A stretch of DNA of 64,000 bases from an uncultured Solirubrobacterales bacterium. Its GTDB lineage: Bacteria; Actinomycetota; Thermoleophilia; Solirubrobacterales; 70-9. Location: positions 2,551,798 through 2,615,797 of the forward strand of contig OY970339.1 of assembly GCA_963717495.1 (NCBI GenBank). The letters run 5' to 3'. Positions 27,486 through 35,642 of this stretch are shown here, piece by piece. The notes beneath the pieces were generated by a model. The model was not told the origin of the DNA, did not search any database, and saw only the letters and a program-made list of their open reading frames with translations. A program made the translations under genes and the position numbers. Every line of letters begins with the position of its first letter. Positions within the stretch are counted from its first letter, which is position 1.

Positions 27486-27729
27486 AGGGCTCCCTCGGCT
27501 CCTTCCCCATGGGCCGTCGCGGGCCTTCATTCGGGAGCGAGGATCGCGGCGGAAGGGTTATTGCAATGCGTCCAAGCGCCTTGCCAGCCCATTTGCTTGC
27601 GCTACCTTGCTAATGCGTAGATCGCACTGGCGACCCGCGCTTTCATGCGCAAAGCAGGGTAAAGGGCCGGGACTTTGAACTCAGACCAGAACATGTCCGT
27701 GTCCCAAATTCCGCAACTCTGCCAGCGCG

Positions 27730-29142
27730 ATGACTGAGGCCAGTCCGCTGCCCGAACGCAAACGCCGAACCGGCCCGGTGGTCGCGGCGATCTGCGTCAC
27801 CGCCGCGGTGGCGATCTGGGAGGCGCCGGAAGGCGACTGGAACCTGGCCCTGCTCGGGATTCTGCTTGCCTTCTCTGTCTTCAGCGACCTCACGGCGGTC
27901 CGCGTCGAAACCGGCCTCTCCGTCTCCGGCAGCTTCCTGGCCCTGGTCGTGGCGATGGTCTTCCTCGGCGGCACGCCGGCGGCGCTGATCGGGGTCCTCA
28001 CCCTCCTCGCCGGCTGGCTGCGCTGGCGCACCGAGTGGCACCTCCTGGTCGACAACCTGCTCGTCTATACGGTCTTCCCGCTGGTCGGGGGGATCGTCTT
28101 CCACCAGGTGATCGAGAGAACTGGATTGACCACGGCCGATCCGTCCTTCTACCTCTGCGTCTTCGGCCTCTTCGTGCTGGCGCTGACGGTCAACTTCACG
28201 ATGATCGCCGCCTACGCCTGTTACCTGGAACGCTCCTCCTTCGCCGAGAAAGTGCGCACGAGCCTGTTCCCGCTGCTGCCCTCGGAGCTGATGGCGGCGC
28301 TGATGACGGTCGGGGTCGCCTTCCTCTACGTCCAGGTCGGCCTCGCCGGGGTCGCCCTGTTCGGCATCGTCCTGGTCATCTTCCAGTACCTGCTCGGCGC
28401 CCTGCTGGTCTCGCAGCAGCGCGCGGCCGAGCTCGAGAAGCGCAGCAAGCAGCTGGCCAGCTTCCAGGTAGGGATGTTGAGCGCGATGCTGCGCACGCTG
28501 GACCTGCGGGATCAGATGACCGCTCGGCACTCGGCCGCCGTCGCCCGCTACTCGCGGGCGATCGCCCAGCGCGCCGGCTACTCGCGCCGCGAGGAGGAAC
28601 TGGTCCACATCGCGGCGCTGCTGCACGACATCGGCAAGTTCATCCTCCCCGACCGCATCCTCAAGGCCAACGTGCCGCTCACCGACGAGGACTGGATGCT
28701 GATCCGCCGCCACCCCCAGCAGGGTGCGCGCGTGGTCTCCTCGCTGGACGGCTACGGGCCGGTCGCCGAGATCATCCTCGCCCACCACGAGCGGATCGAC
28801 GGCAAAGGCTATCCGCGCGGTCTGGCCGGGGACGACATCCCCGAGCTCTCGCGGATCATCTCCGTCGCCGACACCTACGACGTGATGACCGCCCGCGACT
28901 CCTACCGCACGCCGATGTCCAGCCACGACGCGATCGTCGAGCTGCGCCGCGTCGCCGGCAAACAGCTGGACGCCCGCTTCGTCGAGGTCTTCATCGAGCT
29001 GCTCGAGGGCAAGGACGTCTCCTTCGCCCACGGCGAGGCGGCCGACTTCGAGAAGGAGCTGGCGCTGGAATCGCGGATCGCCGAGACCGCCAGCCCTGAT
29101 GGCGAGGCCAACCGCTTCCAGGTCGCCGGCGTCAACGTCTAA
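27730..29142 (+). CDS. Membrane-integral HD-GYP domain protein (c-di-GMP phosphodiesterase type)
   Basis: About 7 N-terminal TM helices, then 'AALLHDIGKFILPD' (HD) and 'HHERIDGKGYPRGL' (GYP). Confidence 0.9.
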   Translation: MTEASPLPERKRRTGPVVAAICVTAAVAIWEAPEGDWNLALLGILLAFSVFSDLTAVRVETGLSVSGSFLALVVAMVFLGGTPAALIGVLTLLAGWLRWRTEWHLLVDNLLVYTVFPLVGGIVFHQVIERTGLTTADPSFYLCVFGLFVLALTVNFTMIAAYACYLERSSFAEKVRTSLFPLLPSELMAALMTVGVAFLYVQVGLAGVALFGIVLVIFQYLLGALLVSQQRAAELEKRSKQLASFQVGMLSAMLRTLDLRDQMTARHSAAVARYSRAIAQRAGYSRREEELVHIAALLHDIGKFILPDRILKANVPLTDEDWMLIRRHPQQGARVVSSLDGYGPVAEIILAHHERIDGKGYPRGLAGDDIPELSRIISVADTYDVMTARDSYRTPMSSHDAIVELRRVAGKQLDARFVEVFIELLEGKDVSFAHGEAADFEKELALESRIAETASPDGEANRFQVAGVNV

Positions 29143-29152
29143 GCGCGGCGGT

Positions 29153-29223
29153 GAGAGAGGGTCGGGTGGGACTCGCCTGCGCGAACTGCGGGAGGCTTGG
29201 CGAGTCCCACCCGACCCTCTCTC
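29153..29223. repeat. Perfect 25-bp-arm palindrome with 21-nt loop (terminator-like hairpin after the HD-GYP gene)
   Basis: Arms gagagagggtcgggtgggactcgcc (29153-29177) and ggcgagtcccacccgaccctctctc (29199-29223), checked base by base. It overlaps the track start of the next ORF, which argues for the downstream GTG start. Confidence 0.7.
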
Positions 29224-29238
29224 GCGGGGCGGTATACG

Positions 29239-30282
29239 GTGAAACCCGTGCGCGCTGTCACTTTTCAGGGTCCCGAGCAGGTGCGGATCGAGGAGAAGGA
29301 CGATCCTGAGATCGTTGCCGCCGACGATGCGGTGGTGCGGGTCGAGGCGAGTGGGATCTGTGGGTCGGATCTGCATATCTACCACGGGAGGGTGCCGGTC
29401 GAGCCGGGGTTCACGATCGGGCACGAGTTCGTCGGCACGGTGCTGGCGGCGGGGGACGAGGTCGAGCGGGTCGCCGTCGGCGATCGCGTCCTCGGGACCT
29501 TCCACACCGCCTGCGCGACCTGCGCCTGCTGCTTGCGCGGCGACTACCACCGCTGCCGCAAGGGCCAGACCTTCGGCCACGGCGCCAACCTCGGCGACCT
29601 CCAGGGCGCCCAGGCCGAGCAGCTGCTGGTGCCGCGCGCCAACCTCACCCTGCGCCGCGTGCCGGAGGGGATGTCGAGCGACGTCGCCCTTTTCGCCGGG
29701 GACGTGATGGGGACCGGCTACCACGCCGTCGCCCACGCCGGGATGCGCTCCGGCGACACGGTCGCGGTCCTCGGGCTGGGGCCGGTCGGCCTCTGCGCCG
29801 TGCAGGCGGCGCTGGCCGGCGGCGCCGTCACGGTGTTCGCGATCGACTCGGTGCAAGAAAGATTGGAGATGGCTGCTTCCTTTGGCGCTACGGCGCTTCA
29901 CCTTGAAGAGCAGGAGCCGAAGCGGGCGATCCGCGCGGCCACCGACGGGCTGGGGGTCGACGTCGTCGTCGACGCAGTCGGCGATCCGGGCCCGCTGGCG
30001 CTGGCAATCAGCCTCGCCCGCGACGCCGGCACCGTCTCCGGGATCGGCGCCTACGCCGGCAAGGGGGAGGTGCCGCTGGGGCTGGCCTGGCTCAAGGGGC
30101 TCGACCTGCGGCTCGGCCTCGCCAACGTGATCGCCCACGTCGACCGTGTCCTCGCCCTGCTCGAGGCCGGCAAGCTGGATCCGGCGCCGCTGGTCAGCGA
30201 CCACATGCCGCTCGACCGGGTGGCCGAGGCCTACGAGATCTACGACCGCCGCGAAGCGCTGAAGATCGTCCTCACGCCCTGA
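29239..30282 (+). CDS. Zinc-dependent alcohol dehydrogenase (MDR family, formaldehyde-dehydrogenase-like)
   Basis: 'GICGSDLHIY', 'GHEFVGTV', structural-Zn Cys cluster 'CATCACCLRGDYHRC', NAD motif 'VLGLGPVG'. I chose GTG 29239 because the track start at 29197 lies inside the palindrome. Confidence 0.85.
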   Translation: MKPVRAVTFQGPEQVRIEEKDDPEIVAADDAVVRVEASGICGSDLHIYHGRVPVEPGFTIGHEFVGTVLAAGDEVERVAVGDRVLGTFHTACATCACCLRGDYHRCRKGQTFGHGANLGDLQGAQAEQLLVPRANLTLRRVPEGMSSDVALFAGDVMGTGYHAVAHAGMRSGDTVAVLGLGPVGLCAVQAALAGGAVTVFAIDSVQERLEMAASFGATALHLEEQEPKRAIRAATDGLGVDVVVDAVGDPGPLALAISLARDAGTVSGIGAYAGKGEVPLGLAWLKGLDLRLGLANVIAHVDRVLALLEAGKLDPAPLVSDHMPLDRVAEAYEIYDRREALKIVLTP

Positions 30283-30386
30283 GCTCTGCCGCGCGGTTCC
30301 TTATTCGCCTATCTGGTCGGTTTGGAACCGCGGAACGAGCGACGACGCTGTTTGTAAATGCGCGCGTTCCTCTCTAGGCTGGACCG

Positions 30387-30836
30387 GTGCCCGGGGGGCG
30401 CGTCGCCATCGCAGCGGTACTCGCCGTGCTGTCCGGCCTGGTCTTCGCCGGTAGCGCGCTCGCCTGTTCCTGCGCCCCTTCGCCGCCCTCGGAAGCGCTG
30501 GCCGGCTCCGATGCCGCGATCGTCGGGCGCCTGCTCGGGGTGACGCCGCACGGCGCCACGCAGGCGAAGTACCGCTACGAGGTCCTACGCGTATACCGCG
30601 GGCGTGGGTCGATCGAGAGCGGGGCGGGGCTGACCGTGCTGAGCCCGCGAGGCTCGGCGGCGTGCGCTCTCCCCGACCGGGTTGGTAGGCGCTACGGGCT
30701 CTTCCTGCTAGTCGATCGCGGCCGTTGGGCGTCGGGGCTCTGCGGGGTCATCTCGCCACGGCGACTGTGGTCGGTGGCGCGGCGCCCGGCCGGCGCCCGT
30801 GTCAGTGATCCTGGCGGTTCCAGCTGTACTAGTTGA
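30387..30836 (+). CDS. Small secreted protein with TIMP/NTR-like N-terminal 'C-x-C' architecture
   Basis: Signal peptide ending 'GSALA', then mature 'CSCAPSPPSEALAGSDAAIVGRLLG...YRYEVLRVYRG...SAACALP...YGLFLLVDRGRWASGLCGVISP'. See the finding for the comparison with TIMP-1. Confidence 0.5.
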   Translation: MPGGRVAIAAVLAVLSGLVFAGSALACSCAPSPPSEALAGSDAAIVGRLLGVTPHGATQAKYRYEVLRVYRGRGSIESGAGLTVLSPRGSAACALPDRVGRRYGLFLLVDRGRWASGLCGVISPRRLWSVARRPAGARVSDPGGSSCTS

Positions 30837-30869
30837 CTAGGACAGTAGGCCGAGTTACTGTGCCCATCG

Positions 30870-31604
30870 ATGGCACAGCAAGACACGGCCGCGCGGACAG
30901 CTCTCAACCCCTTCGCCACCGATCCCAGCGACGAGCTGCCGGTCGGTCTGCAGCTGACCTGGCGGCTGCGGGCCCTGATCTCCACCGGTCAGCTGCGCAG
31001 CGGCGAGCGGCTGCCGAGCTTCCGTGGCTTGGCCGTGTGGGCGGGGGTCAATCTCAACACCGTGCGGGCGGTCTACGAGGGACTCGAGGCGGACGGCCTC
31101 GTGGTCAGCCGCCAGGGCCAGGGCACCTTCGTGGCCGAGGGCGTCGAGGCGGCCCCCGAGCTGGAAGAGATCGCCACCGAGGCCCTGCGCCGCGCCGGCG
31201 AGGCGGGCCTCGGGCCCCGCGACCTGGCGATCGTCGCGCTGGCCTGCGCGAGCATTCCCGGCAATGCCGGAGGGGAGGTTCCGGCGCCACTGCCGCCGGG
31301 CCTCCCCGATCCCGGCGAAGAGAGCGAGGCGATCGAGGTGCGGCAGGAGCTGCGCCGCCAGATCGGCCGGCTCGAGGCCGAGCTGGCCAGCTACACCCGT
31401 TACCTCAGCGCCGGCGAGATGCCGACGGCGCCGCGGCGGGCGGTCGCCCACGTCGCCGGCGTCGAGGAGCTGGAGGAGACCCGCGACACGCTGATCGCCC
31501 AGCTCTCCGAGGCGCAGCGGGCGGCCGAGCGGCGGGTGCGGCAGGAAGCGAAGTCCCGCGGTCCCCTCGGCAGGGCGATGAGCCGGTGGCGCTCGAAGCC
31601 GTAG
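30870..31604 (+). CDS. GntR family transcriptional regulator
   Basis: wHTH 'LPSFRGLAVWAGVNLNTVRAVYEGLEADGLVVSRQGQGTFV' with a coiled, acidic/basic C-terminal half. Confidence 0.85.
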   Translation: MAQQDTAARTALNPFATDPSDELPVGLQLTWRLRALISTGQLRSGERLPSFRGLAVWAGVNLNTVRAVYEGLEADGLVVSRQGQGTFVAEGVEAAPELEEIATEALRRAGEAGLGPRDLAIVALACASIPGNAGGEVPAPLPPGLPDPGEESEAIEVRQELRRQIGRLEAELASYTRYLSAGEMPTAPRRAVAHVAGVEELEETRDTLIAQLSEAQRAAERRVRQEAKSRGPLGRAMSRWRSKP

Positions 31605-31621
31605 TACGCAAAGCCGGCCCC

Positions 31622-32392
31622 GTGGGCGAGTTCTTCGTCGAGGTGGGGACGATGGTGATCCTCACCCTGAAGACGATCGTCTCCGCGATCAGGGCCCCCT
31701 ATCCCTACGGCGAGGAGCTCGTCTGGCAGTTCCTCTTCGTGCTGAAGCTCTCCTGGTTCCCGCTGCTGATCTCCACCTTCGCCCTCAACCTCGGTGCCCC
31801 CGGGCTGCAGGCGGCCGGGGTGCTCTCGCTGTTCGGAGCGCTCGACCGGCTCGGCGGCTTCTTCGTCGTGATCGCGATTCGCTGGATCGCGCCGTTGGTC
31901 ACCGCGGTCGTGGTGGCGGGAGTGGCCGGCACCGCGATCACGGCCGACCTCGGGGCCCGCAAGATCCGCGAGGAGCTCGACGCTCTGCAGGTGCTCGGCG
32001 TCGACCCGGTCAAGAACCTGGTGGTGCCGCGATTCCTGGCGCTGATGATCGTCACCGGGCTGCTGGACATCTTCGCGATCGTCTTCGGCCTCGGCGCCGG
32101 GATCGCTGCCGAGCTCCTGTACAACCAGTCGCTCGGCGGCTTCTTCGCGACGCTCTTCACCAACGCCACGATCACCGACCTCTGGTCCTCGGTCCTGATG
32201 TGCACGATGTTCGGCGCGATCGTCGCGGTCGTCTGCTCTTACAAGGGGATGTCGGCTTCGGGCGGGGCCGCTGGAGTGGGACGCGCCGTCAACCAGGCCG
32301 TGGTCATCTCCCTCGTCGCGGTCTTCTTCTTCCAGTTCGTCGTCAGCTCGGTCCTGCTCGCCACCAACCCCGAGCTGCAGGCGGTCCGTTGA
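31622..32392 (+). CDS. MlaE/YrbE-family ABC permease (YrbEA-like)
   Basis: This is the hydrophobic C-terminal 256 aa of track ORF 30833..32392; the upstream part is another frame of the gntR region. 'DALQVLGVDPVKNLVVPRFLA' is the typical MlaE motif. The start (GTG 31622 or ATG 31652) is uncertain. Confidence 0.75.
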   Translation: MGEFFVEVGTMVILTLKTIVSAIRAPYPYGEELVWQFLFVLKLSWFPLLISTFALNLGAPGLQAAGVLSLFGALDRLGGFFVVIAIRWIAPLVTAVVVAGVAGTAITADLGARKIREELDALQVLGVDPVKNLVVPRFLALMIVTGLLDIFAIVFGLGAGIAAELLYNQSLGGFFATLFTNATITDLWSSVLMCTMFGAIVAVVCSYKGMSASGGAAGVGRAVNQAVVISLVAVFFFQFVVSSVLLATNPELQAVR

Positions 32393-33186
32393 TCGGCTGG
32401 CTCGACGTCCCGCGGAGCTGGTTCGACTCCTTCGGTGAGATCATCCGCTTCGGCCTGCAGGTATCGGGTCAGGTCTACTCGGGCCGGGTGCTCAAATTCT
32501 TCGGCGAGAGCCTGCGCCAGGCCGGGATCCTGATCTTCGGCTCAGCCCTGATCATCCTCGCCTTCGTCTTCATCCTCGGCCTCCAGTGCGGCCTCCAGGG
32601 CGCCTACTTCAATCGCTCCATCGGCGCCCCCTCCTTGGCCGGCCTTTTCTCGGCCTATTGCGATCTGCGCGAGGGGCTGCCCTACGCCTTCGGCTACATC
32701 CTCTCGGCCAAGGTCGGGACGGGGATCGTCGCCGAGATCGGCGCGATGCGGATCTCCGACGAGATCGACGCCCTCGAGGTGATGGGGATCCAGCCGGTGA
32801 CCTTCCTCTGCGCAACCCGCCTGCTCGCCGCCTGGATCGCGATTCCCTTCCTCTACCTGATCGGGATCGTGGTCGTGTATGCCGCCAGCTACCTGGCGGT
32901 GGTCAACCAGGTCGGTGACGTCTCCTCCGGCGGCTATCTGCTGATCTTCTGGATGTACCAGAGCCCGCCCGACCTGATCTTCAGCCTGGTCAAGGGGATG
33001 GTGATGGCGACCACGATCATCCTCGTCGGTTGCTACTACGGCTACACCGCCTCGGGAGGCCCCGTCGGCGTCGGTACGGCGACGGCCCAATCGATGGTGG
33101 TCAACATCGTCATGGTCCACATCATCGGCATGCTCGGGACGGTGGTCTTCTGGGGGGCGAACCCCCGGGCGCCGATCGGCGGCTGA
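32389..33186 (+). CDS. MlaE/YrbE-family ABC permease (YrbEB-like)
   Basis: TTGA overlap with the previous stop. 'DALEVMGIQPVTFLCATRLLA' motif. 265 aa. Confidence 0.75.
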   Translation: MIGWLDVPRSWFDSFGEIIRFGLQVSGQVYSGRVLKFFGESLRQAGILIFGSALIILAFVFILGLQCGLQGAYFNRSIGAPSLAGLFSAYCDLREGLPYAFGYILSAKVGTGIVAEIGAMRISDEIDALEVMGIQPVTFLCATRLLAAWIAIPFLYLIGIVVVYAASYLAVVNQVGDVSSGGYLLIFWMYQSPPDLIFSLVKGMVMATTIILVGCYYGYTASGGPVGVGTATAQSMVVNIVMVHIIGMLGTVVFWGANPRAPIGG

Positions 33187-33187
33187 G

Positions 33188-33985
33188 CTAGGGCCTCGCG
33201 CCCGCTGCTGCGACCGGCCGGGCCGGGTGGCGATGGCGGCGGAACGTCTCTTCGACCCAGAGGTAACCGGGGCGGTCGCCGATCTCGGCACGGAAGCGTT
33301 CGAGGGCTGGGGGAGTGGGGATCTCGGCCGGCAGTGGTCCCTCGTCCGGGCCGACCACGGGGTAGAAGAGAGAGGCCGCGGTGAGGTCGGCGACGCTGAA
33401 GTTGCCGCCGACCAGGAACTCGCCGTCGGTCGCGGCCAGCTCGGCCTCCAGCCGGTCCAGTGCGGCAACGATCTTCTCCCGCGCCGTCGCCGCTGCCGCC
33501 TCGTCGCCGACGCCGAAGCGCAGGCCGGTGTAGGCGCGGGCATAGAGCCCGACCAGGCCCCTGGCCTTGCCGAGTGGGCCCGGCACCGCCGCCGCCGCGA
33601 CCTCGGCGAACATCGCCGGCTCGTTGGTCAGCTCGTGGAAGGGGAGCAGGCGGGCGTGCGGCCCCAGCTCCTCGTCGAAGAAGTCTTCCAGCTCGAGGGC
33701 GCGGCGGCGCTGCTCGGGGTCGGCCGGGTAAAGGGGCGGGTCCGGGTAGCGCTGCTCGAGCGCGGCGAGGATCGCGGTCGAGTCGGAGATCGTGCGGCCG
33801 TCCATCTGCACCAGCGGCAGGTAGACGCTCTCGCCCCGCGTCAGCGCGAAGGAGATCGGGATGTGGGTCCCCGGCAGAGGGGAGCGGCGGGTGTGGGGGA
33901 CCCGCTTGTAGTCGAGTGCCCAGCGCACCTTCTCGCTGTAGTGCGAGATGTCGAGCTGGATCAGGGTCGGTTTACCGTTGCTCAT
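33188..33985 (-). CDS. Glutathione S-transferase family protein
   Basis: Start 'MSNGKPTLIQLDISHYSEKVRWALDYK' with a GGAGG RBS; thioredoxin-like N-domain followed by a helical C-domain. The track ORF extends further upstream (to 34096). Confidence 0.8.
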   Translation of the reverse strand: MSNGKPTLIQLDISHYSEKVRWALDYKRVPHTRRSPLPGTHIPISFALTRGESVYLPLVQMDGRTISDSTAILAALEQRYPDPPLYPADPEQRRRALELEDFFDEELGPHARLLPFHELTNEPAMFAEVAAAAVPGPLGKARGLVGLYARAYTGLRFGVGDEAAAATAREKIVAALDRLEAELAATDGEFLVGGNFSVADLTAASLFYPVVGPDEGPLPAEIPTPPALERFRAEIGDRPGYLWVEETFRRHRHPARPVAAAGARP

Positions 33986-34020
33986 TGCGCCTCCTCGGTG
34001 GTCCTGGCAGCATAGGCGCG

Positions 34021-34299
34021 ATGGCGCTCCTGAGCGATGGCGAGATCGAGGCGAAGCTGGCCGGAATGAGCGGCTGGGAGCGCTCGGGCGGGGCAATCGT
34101 CAAGCGCTTCGGACGCGGCGACTTCGTCGGCTCGGTGAAGTTCGTCGAAAGCCTGGTCGAGCCGGCCGAGGGGATGAACCACCACCCCGACTTGGAGATC
34201 TCCTGGGACGAGGTGAAGGTGACCCTCTCGACCCACTCGGAAGGCGGTCTGACCGTGGCCGACTTCGAGCTCGCCGCCAAGATCGACGCCCTGGCCTGA
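34021..34299 (+). CDS. phhB: 4a-hydroxytetrahydrobiopterin dehydratase (PCD/DCoH)
   Basis: 92 aa: 'LSDGEIEAKLAGMSGWE', 'MNHHPDLEISWDEVKVTLSTH'. Confidence 0.85.
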   Translation: MALLSDGEIEAKLAGMSGWERSGGAIVKRFGRGDFVGSVKFVESLVEPAEGMNHHPDLEISWDEVKVTLSTHSEGGLTVADFELAAKIDALA

Positions 34300-34306
34300 G
34301 CGTCCG

Positions 34307-34657
34307 ATGGCGAAGGGCAAGAAGCGGCGCCGGCCTCGCCAGAAGGCGCCGACCGTCGACTACGCCGATCCCGAGGGCAACGTCCTCACCCTGCGGCAGT
34401 CGCTCAGCGCCGCCACGATCGCCAAGGTCGGCGAGCCGCCGGCCGGCGACGCGGCCTCGCTGGAGGATGCCTGGCGGCGGCGCTCGGAGGCGCTCTTCGA
34501 GCGTCTCGCCGTGCGCTGGGAGATCGCCGGCCTGCCACTCGACGACCAGAAGATGCTGCTCGGCCGCTACCGCATGGCCGACGCCGAGACCCAGCGCTGG
34601 GTGCGGCAGACCTTGACCCAGCACGTCGAGCGCCACATCCCCGAGCTGGCGGGCTAG
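34307..34657 (+). CDS. Hypothetical protein with basic N-terminus (MAKGKKRRRPRQK)
   Basis: 116-aa ORF packed between phhB (8-nt gap) and arfB (2-nt gap). I do not recognise the family. Confidence 0.55.
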   Translation: MAKGKKRRRPRQKAPTVDYADPEGNVLTLRQSLSAATIAKVGEPPAGDAASLEDAWRRRSEALFERLAVRWEIAGLPLDDQKMLLGRYRMADAETQRWVRQTLTQHVERHIPELAG

Positions 34658-34659
34658 CC

Positions 34660-35076
34660 GTGGCCGACGAGCTGAGGATCGACGACCGCCTGGCGATCCC
34701 GCTGGCGGAGATCGAGCTGCGCACCAGCCGCTCCTCCGGACCGGGGGGCCAGCACGCCAACGTCACCGCCTCCCGGGTCGAAGCCGTCTTCGATGTCGCG
34801 GCCTCGCGGGCGCTGGACGAGACGCAGCGCGAGCGCCTGCTCGCTCGTACCGGCGCCACGGTCACCGCCGTCGCCCAGGACGCCCGCGGCCAGTCCCGCA
34901 ACCGCGAGCTGGCCCTGCGGCGCCTGGCTCAGAAGATCGCGGCCGGCCTCGCGACCCCGCGCCGCCGCCGTCCGACCAAGCCGACCAGGGCCTCGCGCTA
35001 CCGCCGCCTCGAACAGAAGCGCCGCCTCGGCGAACGCAAGCGTGGGCGGCGGCGACCGGGTGGGGAAGGGGAATAG
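34660..35076 (+). CDS. arfB: Alternative ribosome-rescue factor / peptidyl-tRNA hydrolase ArfB
   Basis: 138 aa with the GGQ motif 'SSGPGGQHANVTASRVE' and a basic C-terminal tail 'RRRRPTKPTRASRYRRLEQKRR'. Confidence 0.9.
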   Translation: MADELRIDDRLAIPLAEIELRTSRSSGPGGQHANVTASRVEAVFDVAASRALDETQRERLLARTGATVTAVAQDARGQSRNRELALRRLAQKIAAGLATPRRRRPTKPTRASRYRRLEQKRRLGERKRGRRRPGGEGE

Positions 35077-35140
35077 CGACGGTCGCCGATGAGTTCGGAT
35101 CGCTCCACGGGTCTAACGGGTAGAGAGGAATCCAAGAGCT

Positions 35141-35542
35141 ATGAAAGGACCCGACATGCTCGCCGACTCAAAAGCATTCAGCGGTTTCGCGGTTGACGAT
35201 CTCGACCAGGCCCGCCAGTTCTATGGCGAGACCCTGGGACTGAACGTAGAGCTGCTCGACGAGGAGAACGGCCTGATCACCCTCCACCTCGCCGGCGACC
35301 GCGACACCCTGGCCTATCTCAGCCCGGGAATGACCCCGCCCAGCTACACGATCCTCAACTTCCCGGTCGACGACATCGACGCGGCGGTCGACGGCCTCGC
35401 CGCCCGCGGCGTCAGCTTCGAGCGCTACGGCAACGACGAGCTGCCCCAGGACGAGAAGGGCGTGATGCGCGAGGGCGGACCCCTAATCGCCTGGTTCAAA
35501 GACCCGGCGGGAAACACGCTGTCGGTGCTGCAGGAGCGTTAG
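35141..35542 (+). CDS. VOC (glyoxalase/bleomycin-resistance fold) family protein
   Basis: 133 aa: 'FSGFAVDDLDQARQFYGETLGL' ... 'AWFKDPAGNTLSVLQ'. Confidence 0.8.
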   Translation: MKGPDMLADSKAFSGFAVDDLDQARQFYGETLGLNVELLDEENGLITLHLAGDRDTLAYLSPGMTPPSYTILNFPVDDIDAAVDGLAARGVSFERYGNDELPQDEKGVMREGGPLIAWFKDPAGNTLSVLQER

Positions 35543-35570
35543 CGCGACGGCATGCGGCTCCCGGTCCCAA

Positions 35571-35642
35571 TGGGCACGGCTGGTTTCGAACCAGCGACCT
35601 CTCGCGTGTGAAGCGAGCGCTCTCCCACTGAGCTACGCGCCC
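35571..35642 (-). tRNA. tRNA-Val (anticodon CAC)
   Basis: The reverse complement GGGCGCGTAGCTCAGTGGGAGAGCGCTCGCTTCACACGCGAGAGGTCGCTGGTTCGAAACCAGCCGTGCCCA folds as a cloverleaf with anticodon loop TTCACAC. Confidence 0.9.

Noticed and set aside
27643-30204. Very long ORFs antisense to, or out of frame with, the annotated genes. Examples: 853 aa at 27643-30204 (-), 3321-4955 (-), 1529-2809 (+), 49311-51359 (-), 53480-55144 (-), 55984-58083 (-), 38358-39389 (+).
   Set aside because: Their translations are Arg/Pro/Gly/Ala-rich low-complexity strings with no motifs, as expected for stop-poor alternative frames in high-GC DNA. In every case another frame or strand encodes a protein with clear family signatures.
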